Of a stretch of DNA of 64,000 nt, positions 9,235 through 21,338 are shown piece after piece. The stretch is from assembly GCA_963811105.1 (NCBI GenBank), contig CAWEPZ010000009.1:361911-425910 (forward strand). Reading direction: 5' to 3'. A model generated the notes under the pieces. That model was not told the DNA's origin. It saw nothing but the letters and a program-made list of their open reading frames with translations, and did no database searches. The first letter of the stretch is position 1. Every line of letters begins with the position of its first letter. The position numbers and the translations under genes are program-made. This stretch comes from Candidatus Bathyarchaeota archaeon (GTDB taxonomy: Archaea > Thermoproteota > Bathyarchaeia > Bathyarchaeales > Bathycorpusculaceae).

Positions 9235-11309
9235 GGACCCAAAATTTCTTTCTCATATCTCGGCTTAACCAATAGAACATCCTCCACGTAAGCCCGCAAA
9301 GGCTCCCCTACACTCCATGCTTGCGAGATGCATCCTCTTGGTTCGTTAGGAGGACCACAATCGTATATCTCACTGATCGTTCCCAATCCACCCTGATGGA
9401 TCCCACCAGTAAATAAGGGTAAAACAAGATTTTCAAAAGCATTTTTGCGTGATTTAGCATCTTGGCCACTTAATTTCAAGTAAGCCGATATGTAAGGACC
9501 AAGAAGCCAAGGCCAAATCGTCCCGTTATGATAAGCTGTATCTCTGCTTCGCCTGTTGCCGAAGCATTTGCCGACAAACTTGGGGTCATCTAGTGCCAAT
9601 GTCCGCAACCCATAAGGCGTCACAAGTTGCTGATTGACTACATCAACAACTTTTGCGCTTTTGGCTTGGTCGAGAATTTTGAAATCCAACGAAACAGCAA
9701 ATATTTGGTTAGGCCGTAGCGAATCATCAACACTGCTAACATCAATTACATCATATAGGCAGCCTCTCTTCCAATTCCAGTATTTCTCGTTAAAGCTTTT
9801 TCTTGCTTTTTCTGCCATAACATCGTATTTCTCTGCTGAAGCGGGCTCGCCAAACTTGTTAGCCAAAAACTCCATCGTTCGCAAGGCATTGTACCATAAA
9901 GCTTGAATTTCTACAGCCTTTCCAGCCCTCGGCGTAATTCCATTACCTTCAACCGCGGCATCCATCCATGTAAGCCGTGAACCATGCATAATCAAGCCAT
10001 CATCATCCAAACGGATACCAAACAAAGTGCCTCTTTGATGATACTCAACAATCTCCTGCAAACTATCCCACAACTTGTCTCTAACAAACGAAAGATCGCC
10101 AGTGTACTTGAGGTATTGCAGAACAGCGTTGACGTACCAGAACGTTCCATCTACCGTGTTGTAAACGGGTTCACCTGTTTTGTCCGCAATAAAGTTGGGA
10201 ATTAAGCCCGCATGGCAATATTGAATGAAGTTTTGCAGTATCTCTTTTGCTTCGTTGAATCTTCCAGTCACCAGCATAAGTCCTGGAAGGGAGATGAATG
10301 TGTCTCTGCCCCATGGTTCAAACCAATGGTATCCAGCGATGATTGATTTTTCGCCTTCTGTATTTTCTACGATGAATGAATCTGCAGCTAAAAGAATCCA
10401 GTTTAGCCAATCGCTCATTGGAACTTCGGGATGAAGGTGGTAGAAATTAGCGAGCAAATCGCTTTTCTGGTTTAGCTCTTGCTTAAGAGTTCCTGTGACC
10501 TCGTTAGTGGTGCTTCCGATTGAATCTAAAATCGCCTTTGCTGACTCCGCCTCATGGCTGACAGCAGCACTTATAGAAAATTGACTCTCTAATCCATTGG
10601 GAATTTGAACCTCAAAATGTCCAGGCTGGAAACAATCGTCAATGCTGGCTTCGCCTCTTTCCTCTTCATCACGATATCTTAACTGTTCAACCCAATTCAC
10701 TTTCTCATAATACAATCCGTCAGTTATGCGGGAAACAATTGTAGTTTGTGGACGTTGAAAGGTTACTTCAAACTCTTTTACATCACTTTTTTGGGTAAAT
10801 TCCAGGGAGATTCTTTTGTAATTAAGAACCTTGTGATAGTAGCGGCATGTCAAAAGTGGATAGACTCTAACTGTAGCATCAGAACCAGAACGGTTTGCAA
10901 TGTTGTAGATTGCCGAAACACCGTTCTTGTTTCTGGACATAAAAATGGTTTTGTCAACTGTAATGTTACTAAAATCGTAGGTGTATTTGGGATAGGGTGA
11001 GATTGAAAATTGCTTTACCAATCTATAGCCTTGAGGATAGATTGTGTCTTGATAATCGTTAGCGCCTAACCTGTAGATTTCATTGCCTAAAATTACGTCT
11101 TCATCAAGCTTTGACAAGCAAACTGTACGTTCACCAGGGGGATGCAGCGCGGCAATAAGAAAACCATGATATTTCCTTGTATTAATTCCTAAAACTGTGC
11201 TTGAAGCATAACCGCCCAGGCCGTTAGTTAAAAGCCACTCTGTCTTTATAAGCTCATCAAAATTTGAAAACGCCTCTTTGGCGAAAGTTATGGCGGGCAA
11301 CCGTATCAA
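9231..11309 (-). CDS. Glycogen debranching enzyme / amylo-alpha-1,6-glucosidase (archaeal type)
   Basis: EWLLTNGLGGYAS, AGYHWFEPWGRDTFISLPGL, LTWMDA, QAWSVGE. Likely TTG start at 11309 overlapping the upstream stop. Confidence 0.92.
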   Translation of the reverse strand: MIRLPAITFAKEAFSNFDELIKTEWLLTNGLGGYASSTVLGINTRKYHGFLIAALHPPGERTVCLSKLDEDVILGNEIYRLGANDYQDTIYPQGYRLVKQFSISPYPKYTYDFSNITVDKTIFMSRNKNGVSAIYNIANRSGSDATVRVYPLLTCRYYHKVLNYKRISLEFTQKSDVKEFEVTFQRPQTTIVSRITDGLYYEKVNWVEQLRYRDEEERGEASIDDCFQPGHFEVQIPNGLESQFSISAAVSHEAESAKAILDSIGSTTNEVTGTLKQELNQKSDLLANFYHLHPEVPMSDWLNWILLAADSFIVENTEGEKSIIAGYHWFEPWGRDTFISLPGLMLVTGRFNEAKEILQNFIQYCHAGLIPNFIADKTGEPVYNTVDGTFWYVNAVLQYLKYTGDLSFVRDKLWDSLQEIVEYHQRGTLFGIRLDDDGLIMHGSRLTWMDAAVEGNGITPRAGKAVEIQALWYNALRTMEFLANKFGEPASAEKYDVMAEKARKSFNEKYWNWKRGCLYDVIDVSSVDDSLRPNQIFAVSLDFKILDQAKSAKVVDVVNQQLVTPYGLRTLALDDPKFVGKCFGNRRSRDTAYHNGTIWPWLLGPYISAYLKLSGQDAKSRKNAFENLVLPLFTGGIHQGGLGTISEIYDCGPPNEPRGCISQAWSVGEPLRAYVEDVLLVKPRYEKEILGP

Positions 11310-12187
11310 GGCATCAACTTCGCAATGTTCTTGTCGCGAGGCGACTGAAAATAGTTGGCAACTGGAATACATTTTGTTCTGAACAGAAGCAAATGAGGCT
11401 TAGTCAGCTTGTATTCAGTGAGGGTTTCCGCATAACCCATCCCTTTGGCGAAAACCAGCTTCGCAGCATCATAAACTTTCAAGAATTCCGCCGAAACCTC
11501 TTTTTTCTGTAAGCCAACTGCATCTGTTCCAGTGGTTAATATTTCGTCAGCTATCTTATCTATTCCTGAAACTGCCACATCAGTCAAAGTAGCGTCGTTA
11601 ATTACAGGTCCACCTTTGACAACGTATGTTACTTTCAAGCCCATGTTCTTCAACTGCTCCACCAGCAAAGTATCAAAAACGATTTCTCCAGCATTATCAG
11701 CTAGGAATAGGACACTGTTTACTTTTTTTGCCAAAGCGTAGGCCTTGTCAATGTCATCTATAACTAAGTCTTTGGAAGCTTCTCTAAAACAACCCGACAA
11801 ATTATTTAATGTAAAGTTGTGTCCTGGAATATCAAACTCCATAATGTTGCCAACGATAGCGCAGAGACAAGCTTTTTTGAACCGTTCCTGCTGCGTGTAA
11901 CCTGCTTCTACAAGTTTTTTTGCAAGAGGCAACATTTTCAACGCTTTCTCATTAGCTAACCTTTTACTTCTCTCGTAGGGATCATTGTTATTTGTCAACT
12001 GCTTAATTATGCGGTCTCTTTTAGTGCCTAAATCTGCTGCTACAGAAGTCTGTTTGAATTCCCGATTTAGTAGTTTTGTAACTTCAGCTATGCATCTGAA
12101 ACGTAAGGCAGGATTTGTTGTCGCCTGGTAGGTTGCCACCGTTCCTCTAGCAAGTAGACATGATTCGCATTCTGGCTCAACTTTCAA
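11306..12187 (-). CDS. ARMT1/DUF89 damage-control phosphatase
   Basis: N-terminal CESC, DPY, GN, DNAGE, KGGPVINDAT, KGMGY motifs. Confidence 0.9.
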   Translation of the reverse strand: MKVEPECESCLLARGTVATYQATTNPALRFRCIAEVTKLLNREFKQTSVAADLGTKRDRIIKQLTNNNDPYERSKRLANEKALKMLPLAKKLVEAGYTQQERFKKACLCAIVGNIMEFDIPGHNFTLNNLSGCFREASKDLVIDDIDKAYALAKKVNSVLFLADNAGEIVFDTLLVEQLKNMGLKVTYVVKGGPVINDATLTDVAVSGIDKIADEILTTGTDAVGLQKKEVSAEFLKVYDAAKLVFAKGMGYAETLTEYKLTKPHLLLFRTKCIPVANYFQSPRDKNIAKLMP

Positions 12188-12205
12188 AGATAATCACACG
12201 ACTTA

Positions 12206-12907
<702 letters not shown>

Positions 12908-12994
12908 TTAACGCATTTTATTAATATCATTTGCCTTTTCAAGAAAAGGTTATTGTTCATAAAAGGCTAAAAAAATAGTCTAATGGACAGATGT

Positions 12995-14662
12995 TTATGC
13001 TTTCACTGTTGCTTTTTTAGCCATTTCTTCGGTTAGCATACCGACTAGTTGCCCGTTCTTAACTAAAGCTGCTCGCGTCATTCCTTTTTCTTTCATTAGT
13101 GACATAGCTGTCATCATTGATTCGTCAGCTTGAAGAATTAAAAGCGGTGTAAAGTTAAGGTCCTTTGCAAGTGTTTTCTTGAGGTCTCTTTGCTTCTCAG
13201 CTATCTCATTTAGAAGCTCTCGGTCATTGATTACTCCTATAGGCTTATGATTTTCAGTTATGAGAAGTGAAGTAACGCTATTTTGCATTAGTTTCTCCAC
13301 AAGCTTAGCTACAGTATCAGTTGTTGAAACCTCAACTGCAGGAAGCTTGGTGCCGGCTCGGTTGCTGATTTCTGAAATGTCTATACCTCTCTTCCAAATA
13401 TCATCAAGCATCTCACTTACTCTTTCGATTTGGCTAGGGTCTGTGGAATAGAATGTGTCAACTAAATAAAAGGCAGATTCACTTCCAAAATCACTTAATG
13501 GAGGCATTTTAAACATGAACAGGTGCTTATTGTCCACAAGCATCATTGTTAGATAACTGATTGGGACATGTTTAACTTCGTAACGTGACAAAAGTCTTTG
13601 AGCTGGTTCAAGGTTGTCCAAATCGATTGATGCCATTACTCTAATTCTTAAGCCTTTTTTGAAGTACTTCAATAGCGGATCATCTTCCGCAAGACGGTTT
13701 ATACTTTGGGATGTAGTGATTAACACTATGTCTTTTTTGGCACCTTCAAGAACCTTAGTTACTTTAGTCCACGCTTCCTCAACGCCTTTAATAACAATTG
13801 TTTCGCCGATGGGTATTCCACTCTTCAACTCATCTATTCGCCTGGAAGCGTCAACGCCAGTTTGCCACATTTGCTCAAAAAAGGCTTTGAGAACAGAAAT
13901 AAACATTTTATCGTTAATCCATAAGCCTTCATCTTCTAAATTCAAAACGGAAGCTTCGTTGCCAAAAGGTGCATACAAGATAGCCTCTTCTTCATCCTTA
14001 ATTAGAAAGCGAGGGAAAAACTTTGAACTCATAGTGACATGACGAAGTCTAAAGTTCATTTTCCCTTCTGAAACGCTCTCATCTATTCTTTCAACAACTT
14101 TCAGGTTTTCAGGAGAAATGTCGGTTATAACTTGAAATTGGATAGCCCTATTTTCAGAAGCTGTGGCCGCTGAATCAAAAATTCCCGCAATATCTTCTTG
14201 AACAAAACCCAAAGAAGTTGTTAAAACAATCACTTCCTTTTTCGATTCATCAATCATATTTAACATTTTTGAGTGAATCTTTTTCTTACCTGTAATAATT
14301 GAGAATTTGGCTACTGGATATTCTGATTCCGGAGCGCTTATAGATTGCCAAGCTGTTAAAAGGTCTTGTTTCTGATCGGTTAAGTTTTTAACCTCATTCT
14401 CTTTTGTATTAATGAAGGAGCCCACTAAGGCTTCAAAAGGAACAATAGTAAAACGTGTGGGCCTTTCGAGGGTTGCTTCAATAAAGCCTTTTTCTTGAAG
14501 TTTCTTGAAAGTCCGATAAGCTTGAACTCGCTCCATCTTAAGCCGTTTAGCCACGAAGCTAGTAGATTGAACACCACTTTTGGCAAGAAACATGTAAACT
14601 TGAATTTCCCGTTTTGAGAGACCAAGAATTTGTAAGAACTTGGTGACATCTTTCTCGCTCAT
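12995..14662 (-). CDS. TrmB-family regulator with tandem effector domains and C-terminal CBS pair
   Basis: TrmB wHTH N-terminus (LGLSKREIQVY...LQEKGFI), two PLD-like effector repeats, CBS motifs (PIGVINDRE, LVGMLTEE). Confidence 0.85.
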   Translation of the reverse strand: MSEKDVTKFLQILGLSKREIQVYMFLAKSGVQSTSFVAKRLKMERVQAYRTFKKLQEKGFIEATLERPTRFTIVPFEALVGSFINTKENEVKNLTDQKQDLLTAWQSISAPESEYPVAKFSIITGKKKIHSKMLNMIDESKKEVIVLTTSLGFVQEDIAGIFDSAATASENRAIQFQVITDISPENLKVVERIDESVSEGKMNFRLRHVTMSSKFFPRFLIKDEEEAILYAPFGNEASVLNLEDEGLWINDKMFISVLKAFFEQMWQTGVDASRRIDELKSGIPIGETIVIKGVEEAWTKVTKVLEGAKKDIVLITTSQSINRLAEDDPLLKYFKKGLRIRVMASIDLDNLEPAQRLLSRYEVKHVPISYLTMMLVDNKHLFMFKMPPLSDFGSESAFYLVDTFYSTDPSQIERVSEMLDDIWKRGIDISEISNRAGTKLPAVEVSTTDTVAKLVEKLMQNSVTSLLITENHKPIGVINDRELLNEIAEKQRDLKKTLAKDLNFTPLLILQADESMMTAMSLMKEKGMTRAALVKNGQLVGMLTEEMAKKATVKA

Positions 14663-14762
14663 CAGGCAACCGCTCAGTAAAACCCACTGATTTATTAATC
14701 TTAATCGTTTTCGGCATTTATATGCCTATTTGTATCATTTTGTAACAACATCAGACAACAAC

Positions 14763-15425
14763 TTAAACAAGCTTCATTTGCAGTGTACCATGCTCGCTTT
14801 TTGCTCTTTTGGCAGGCTTCCAAGATTTCCTGACAAAACTTGGATAGTCGCCATTCTTTTCCAGCAACTTCTTAAGAAAAATCATGGTTTTGCTATCAGT
14901 TAAGTATCCACTGCCAAAGTCACCGTACTCCGATCTTAAACTATCAATTTCCCTGTCACGTTCCACCTTAGCAATGATTGATGCAGCCGAAACAATTGGG
15001 TAGATCCTGTCAGCTTTGTGCCGAGAGACTATTCTGGTCTTGGTTTTAAGGCACTCTCTAATATGGTTTCCAAATCGTTGCTCAACTGTATCAGCGGCAT
15101 CAACGTAGACTTCATTAGGCTTCAAGTCTTCAATCACCTGTGCCATGGTCTGCGCCTCAAGCCTATTTAGCTTGTGCAATCTTCTGGAACTTTCAACTAC
15201 TTTATCAATTTGAGAAGGAAGAACCTTAACAGTTTGATATTTTTGGCTTAAACTTATGATTTCAGGGTACAGAGCTTCTCGCTTCTTGGGGGAAAGAAGC
15301 TTTGAATCTTTTACGCCTAACTCAATTAAAGAAGGCAAATTTTCAGCAGTTACCATGACGCCAGCGACTAATAGTGGACCGATAACACAACCCCGTCCAG
15401 CTTCGTCAACACCGGCAATCAACAA
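14763..15425 (-). CDS. rnhB: Ribonuclease HII
   Basis: GVDEAGRG, DSKLL, VSAASIIAKV, GSGY motifs. Confidence 0.97.
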   Translation of the reverse strand: MLIAGVDEAGRGCVIGPLLVAGVMVTAENLPSLIELGVKDSKLLSPKKREALYPEIISLSQKYQTVKVLPSQIDKVVESSRRLHKLNRLEAQTMAQVIEDLKPNEVYVDAADTVEQRFGNHIRECLKTKTRIVSRHKADRIYPIVSAASIIAKVERDREIDSLRSEYGDFGSGYLTDSKTMIFLKKLLEKNGDYPSFVRKSWKPAKRAKSEHGTLQMKLV

Positions 15426-15584
15426 TTTTTCTGCACTCCTGATATTAATGGAATGGTTAAGGTTCTAAGCTATAACACTTCTTGTGAAGAAACAAATTCT
15501 ATGTTAGAAATCAGAAGAGGAAGATTCTTGTTAAGCTTCAAAGTGCAAAAAAATAACAGCGTTTTCGCAACCAAGCAATATTAT

Positions 15585-16283
15585 TCAAAGGTGTTGCGCT
15601 ACAATCATAGCGTGTGCCTTATCATATGGCTCCAAATGCACAATTTCTTTCACATCAAAGCCTCTTTTACGCAATATGCCTGCTTCCTGTCGATAGACTG
15701 CATCTGGATCCATTGTTACATCGATGCTTTGCGATTTCACAGCTATCATAACCCAGCCTTCAGGTTTAAGAAAAACATCTGCATTGTCAGCTAACAATTT
15801 TGCTTGTTCAGGCTGAGCAACATCGCAGTAAATTGTATCTACTTTACCTGAAATGAACATGGCATATCTCTCGGGCATTCGAGCGTCTTCCAAAAGAGGA
15901 GAAATGTTTGGGCGGTATGTGGCAACGTTGTTGACTAAATCTCTGATTGATCGCTGAGCGAATTCAACACAGTAAACATGGCCAGTTTCACCAACAATGT
16001 CGGAAACATGGCTAGGTGTAGTTCCAGAAGCTGCGCCTAAATAAAGCACTTTGCTAGCTGATTCTATGGGTACAGTTTGAACCCCTTTTAGAATGACGGC
16101 TGCAAGTTTGCTTCTGAACGCATCCCAAATTCGGTACTCTATGCCTTTGAACTTGACAAGACGCTCACCGTAAACGTTTAAGCCAGGCGTCAAGTTACGG
16201 GTAGCTAACCGTTGTGTTCCGTCTTCAAGGGTTGCTTGGTATATTTCTTTGAATTTTAGGTGCGGTTTAACCTTAACGGTCAA
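15585..16283 (-). CDS. flpA: Fibrillarin-like rRNA/tRNA 2'-O-methyltransferase
   Basis: VYGE, RSKLAA, VLYLGAASGTT, DVAQPEQA motifs. Confidence 0.97.
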   Translation of the reverse strand: MTVKVKPHLKFKEIYQATLEDGTQRLATRNLTPGLNVYGERLVKFKGIEYRIWDAFRSKLAAVILKGVQTVPIESASKVLYLGAASGTTPSHVSDIVGETGHVYCVEFAQRSIRDLVNNVATYRPNISPLLEDARMPERYAMFISGKVDTIYCDVAQPEQAKLLADNADVFLKPEGWVMIAVKSQSIDVTMDPDAVYRQEAGILRKRGFDVKEIVHLEPYDKAHAMIVAQHL

Positions 16284-17578
16284 CGCCTTTCTCTTCTCCG
16301 ATTCCTATCCCTGCGCGGTCCGCCGCGGTCTCTGAAAGGGCGTCCACCGCCTTCATGAGGCCTAAACGATCGCTCTCCGCCATCTTTACGTTCAAATGTT
16401 GGTCTTGGTTTAGATTCTTTTGGTGGAGGCGGCTCCTTGTACTTCTCTCGAATTTCGTCTAAACGTTTGTTAATTGCCTCTTTTAATTGCTCCCCAATAT
16501 AGTGGCCTCCGAAAGCATCAGCTCTGGCAGCGATGGCTAGTTTTCCAGCGATCACTCTTGCGATTTTTCCTCTCTGCCATCTCTTAGCATCATGCAGGAG
16601 TGTGTGTTGGAATATTAAGCCGTGTTTTGGCGGTCTTGCACCTGTTTTCAATGAACGGAACAGGGCTTTTTCTGCGCCTAAAACCTGTATGGTGCTTGCT
16701 GGCCTCATAGCCAGGTTCTGCAAGCTTCCTGCAATAGCGATTAGGCGTGCTCCAAGCAGTGCTCCTGCAACCGTACGCACATTGGGGGCCATTTCCTCCA
16801 TGGTTCGGTCAACGTAATTCTCCATGTTCTTGCGCAGTTCATAAAAATCAAGTACGTTTTTGGCTAAAGACTGTATTTGTTCTAAGTCTCGTTCTGCGAT
16901 GTCAGCACCCATAGATGATTCTGCTGCTTTCGCAACATGTTGGGCTCTTTCTTTAGGAATATTTTCTTTCTCTAAGCCTTCCATAGTATAGTTTTCTCTG
17001 TATCCTAAGTTCATTACAAGCCTAGAGTAGGTTTCATGTTTTTCGATTAAGCGGTCAAGCTCAGGGAAGTACACGCCATACCATTCTCTTAGTCTGCCCA
17101 TGAACAAGTTGACTGTACGATCTAGATCATCCAGGGTCTGAATACCCTGTGCAATAATTAGATCTCTTTTTTCTGAGGCGCCTTTGATTCGCAGTTTGGC
17201 AAGTTCCATACTGACATTACGATTCCACAGGCTAAGCTCCTGCTCATCATTAACGAATCCTGATTCAAAAGCAACCTCATTCATGCGGGAGCGAAGAACT
17301 TCGGCATCGGCAGGTTTCGCTACTTCCACATTCACGTCCATTTTCCTTTGAATTTCTTCTGCCAAGTTGGCATTTTCAAAAAGGAAAGCGTCATAGCCCA
17401 CATTTTTTAAGAGCGAAATTAATGAGAAAATATCATCGGACATCTTTCCGGCTTCAGCCTTAAGCAAGCTTCTTGCTGCTGCCTGAGGTTTTTTCGGAAA
17501 CAATACCTTCTCAACTGACCTGTTTTTGTCGTCGAAGGCTACCACGCCGAAAGGGAACTGAATTATGAATGCTTTCAT
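16280..17578 (-). CDS. nop5: C/D box sRNP subunit Nop5 (Nop56/58)
   Basis: LREWYGVYFPEL, PASTIQVLGAEKALF, PPKHGLIFQH; coupled to fibrillarin. Confidence 0.97.
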   Translation of the reverse strand: MKAFIIQFPFGVVAFDDKNRSVEKVLFPKKPQAAARSLLKAEAGKMSDDIFSLISLLKNVGYDAFLFENANLAEEIQRKMDVNVEVAKPADAEVLRSRMNEVAFESGFVNDEQELSLWNRNVSMELAKLRIKGASEKRDLIIAQGIQTLDDLDRTVNLFMGRLREWYGVYFPELDRLIEKHETYSRLVMNLGYRENYTMEGLEKENIPKERAQHVAKAAESSMGADIAERDLEQIQSLAKNVLDFYELRKNMENYVDRTMEEMAPNVRTVAGALLGARLIAIAGSLQNLAMRPASTIQVLGAEKALFRSLKTGARPPKHGLIFQHTLLHDAKRWQRGKIARVIAGKLAIAARADAFGGHYIGEQLKEAINKRLDEIREKYKEPPPPKESKPRPTFERKDGGERSFRPHEGGGRPFRDRGGPRRDRNRRRERR

Positions 17579-17815
17579 TTTTAGAGCCCCAATAAACTAA
17601 CTATTGTCAACCTTTTAACTTAATAAACAGTTTTGTTGCCCTACGCATTAAAAACCGTATTTTCACATTAAGAAATTGAATGTAAGAGTATTCAAGGCGC
17701 AATTTGATTGCTAATCTTGCACAAAGGTTGACTTGACTTTGACATACGTAAGTTTAAAGTCTGCCGTTAAATTATAGGTAGAGCATCGATTTGGGAGCAC
17801 AGGGGAATAGGGTTT

Positions 17816-20032
17816 ATGGTAAATCAACCACCGCATCGCGCACGCGGCGTAAAAGTACTCAAAGCCGTCTCATCACCACTTAGGTTGCAAATCCTTAACC
17901 TGCTATTTGACAAAAGCGCTCTCTCTTACACTGAATTAATGAACCAACTCAAAATGAATCCAAGTCGAGATGCAGGTAGATTTGCGTACCACCTCAAATT
18001 TCTATTGAAGGCAGATTTAATTGAGGCAGACGTTGAAGCAAAAAAATATTATTTAACTGACCTTGGCAAAATGGTTCTTGATGTCGCCGACCGCGTGGAG
18101 AAGAAAGCGGTTAAACCAAGAGGAATGCTTGTTCGTACATCTCATCTGACACTGGAAGAGTTTGATGCAAACAAAATAGCAAATTCACTGATAAAAGAAG
18201 CAAAGGTGCCAGTTGAGTTAGCTCAGAAAGCAGCGAAAGAAGCAGAAAAACGTTTAGTTAAATCAAAAACAAAGTATCTTACGGCTTCGTTAATCAGGGA
18301 AGTTGTGAATGGCATTTTGGTTGAAAAGGGCTATGAAGATTACCGTCATAAACTCACACGCGTCGGAATGCCCATTCATGAGGTAACTGCTTCAATAGAA
18401 TCAAAAGACACACCTGTTGATTCATCAGCTTTAATTACAAAAGCAGGTCAATCCGTCCTTGGCGAGTACACGTTGCTTAATATTTTCCCAAGAGACATAG
18501 CCGACGCGCACCTCTCAGGCGCCATCCACATTAATGATTTAGGCACATGGATACTAAAACCCAACGAAGTTAGCCACGACCTCCGATTCTTTTTCAGAAA
18601 TGGACTCAAACTTGACAATCCCTTCCAAACTTCAATGGATCCACCTGACAACCTTGAATCAGCCTTAGCGATCGCCCTTAACATTATTCTGCACACCAAC
18701 AAAGAAACAAACAAAATGCAAACATGTAGCTACTTCAATGTTTTTCTATCTCCATTTGCAAAAGACGTTGACACCTCAAAAATAAAAGAGAATATGCGTT
18801 TGTTCATTTTAAACCTGAACCAACAAGCTGAAGCTACATTAGGACTTGAGCTCACAATTCCGAAATTAATGGCGGAGCAAGAAGCAACCGGTCCAAAAGG
18901 AAAAATTAGCGGTAAATACAGTGACTTTTCCCAAGAGATCCAACTCTTAGCATCTGTCATTCTTGAAGTTTACGCGGAAGAGAATGCCAAAAAGCCATTG
19001 CTTGGCCCGAAATTAGTTATAAGAATTAACAAGGATTCGTTTACAGATGAAAAAGCTAAAATTGCTCTCCTAAAAGCACATGGCTTGGCTGCGGAAAAAG
19101 GAATAATACACTTCGCAAACACCGCAAACAAAGATACAGAAAACGCGGTTTTTTCTGCTTCGGGAGTTAAGCTTGCTCCTGACGTAATTGGGGACTGGGA
19201 AACCGACACCCTACGCACTGGCTGTCTTGGTTGTGTAACTATTAATCTGCCGAGAATCACTCAGGAAAGTGAGAAAGACAAGAACAAATTTTTTGATCTA
19301 GTGAGAGAACGCTTTGAATTATCGGCAAGGGCTTTAGGAATAAAAAGCAACGCGTTAAAACAATTCGGGAAAAACTCCTTGCCCTTTCTACTAAAAAACG
19401 GTAATGGAGACGTATATTTCAGGCTAGAAAATAGTTCACGCATAATTAATTTAGCTGGGTTTCGAGAAGCTATTGAGGCTTTCACAGAAAAAAGCATAGA
19501 TTCTGAGGAAAGCCGCAAGTTTGCCGAAGAAATCGTCCAAAATATTTTGGCATTCAAACAAAAAATTGGCAGAAAACATGGAAAACGACTCTACGCTGTT
19601 ATGCTAAGTAACCCGGATGCTTCTGAGCGCCTTGCTCAGTTGGATATTGATAGGTTTGGCATAGCAAAAGTGAAGTATTCTGGAACAAGAGAAAAACCTT
19701 ACTATTCAACCGCTAAAAGATTCCAAGTTAAGGCTGGCGAACCCCTCAGCATACCCCCTGAAATAGTGGAGACTGCACAGAAAATGAAGGGTTTAAACGC
19801 GGGCGGCAGTTTCTGTATCCTTGATTTGGGAGATACCCAATTTAAGCCTGAACCTCTGATGGAGTTAACCCGACACCTAATTGAGAACCCAATCTTCGAA
19901 TTCTTCACTTACAACCGCATAATCAGTTTCTGCGATAACTGCAAAAACAGCTGGTTTGGAACGCTTCATAAATGCCCATCTTGTGGGTCCATGAGCAAAC
20001 TCGCAACGTTTGATCGCTTTGCATCCAACTAA
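17816..20032 (+). CDS. wHTH + ATP-cone + degenerate class III ribonucleotide reductase (NrdD-like) fusion
   Basis: ArsR-like wHTH (aa ~10-95), ATP cone (FDANKIANSL...LIREVV), NrdD-like AHLSGAIHINDL and TINLPRI, C-terminal CxxC...CxxC. No RxxGY glycyl-radical motif. Confidence 0.85.
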   Translation: MVNQPPHRARGVKVLKAVSSPLRLQILNLLFDKSALSYTELMNQLKMNPSRDAGRFAYHLKFLLKADLIEADVEAKKYYLTDLGKMVLDVADRVEKKAVKPRGMLVRTSHLTLEEFDANKIANSLIKEAKVPVELAQKAAKEAEKRLVKSKTKYLTASLIREVVNGILVEKGYEDYRHKLTRVGMPIHEVTASIESKDTPVDSSALITKAGQSVLGEYTLLNIFPRDIADAHLSGAIHINDLGTWILKPNEVSHDLRFFFRNGLKLDNPFQTSMDPPDNLESALAIALNIILHTNKETNKMQTCSYFNVFLSPFAKDVDTSKIKENMRLFILNLNQQAEATLGLELTIPKLMAEQEATGPKGKISGKYSDFSQEIQLLASVILEVYAEENAKKPLLGPKLVIRINKDSFTDEKAKIALLKAHGLAAEKGIIHFANTANKDTENAVFSASGVKLAPDVIGDWETDTLRTGCLGCVTINLPRITQESEKDKNKFFDLVRERFELSARALGIKSNALKQFGKNSLPFLLKNGNGDVYFRLENSSRIINLAGFREAIEAFTEKSIDSEESRKFAEEIVQNILAFKQKIGRKHGKRLYAVMLSNPDASERLAQLDIDRFGIAKVKYSGTREKPYYSTAKRFQVKAGEPLSIPPEIVETAQKMKGLNAGGSFCILDLGDTQFKPEPLMELTRHLIENPIFEFFTYNRIISFCDNCKNSWFGTLHKCPSCGSMSKLATFDRFASN

Positions 20033-20036
20033 AAGC

Positions 20037-21062
<1,026 letters not shown>

Positions 21063-21140
21063 TCAGGCGACTGCAGCACACTTTTAATAGCGAGAATTTC
21101 GCAATAATATTTCAAGTCCGAAATTTCAAAAGGTGTTTTT

Positions 21141-21338
21141 ATGGAAGCAGTTTTGGAAAAAATTTCTAGAAGAGAAAAAAACATAGAAACTTTTAGTTCT
21201 CATGGATATATGCCCAGGATTTATGATGTTCAATCTCCCTGTCAATGGTTGGAACATTGCTATGGCGGAAAATGCCCAGCATTCGTTAAGCTTAACGGAA
21301 ACTTTTACTGCTCTCGGGTCAACAAAAGCTTTGGATAG
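21141..21338 (+). CDS. Small Cys-rich hypothetical protein
   Basis: 65 aa with four Cys (C-x5-C-x4-C-x11-C); AGGTG SD-like sequence upstream. Confidence 0.45.
   Translation: MEAVLEKISRREKNIETFSSHGYMPRIYDVQSPCQWLEHCYGGKCPAFVKLNGNFYCSRVNKSFG

Noticed and set aside
17816-20032. Functional anaerobic ribonucleotide reductase (nrdD)
   Set aside because: No glycyl-radical motif, no evident thiyl Cys, and no adjacent nrdG.
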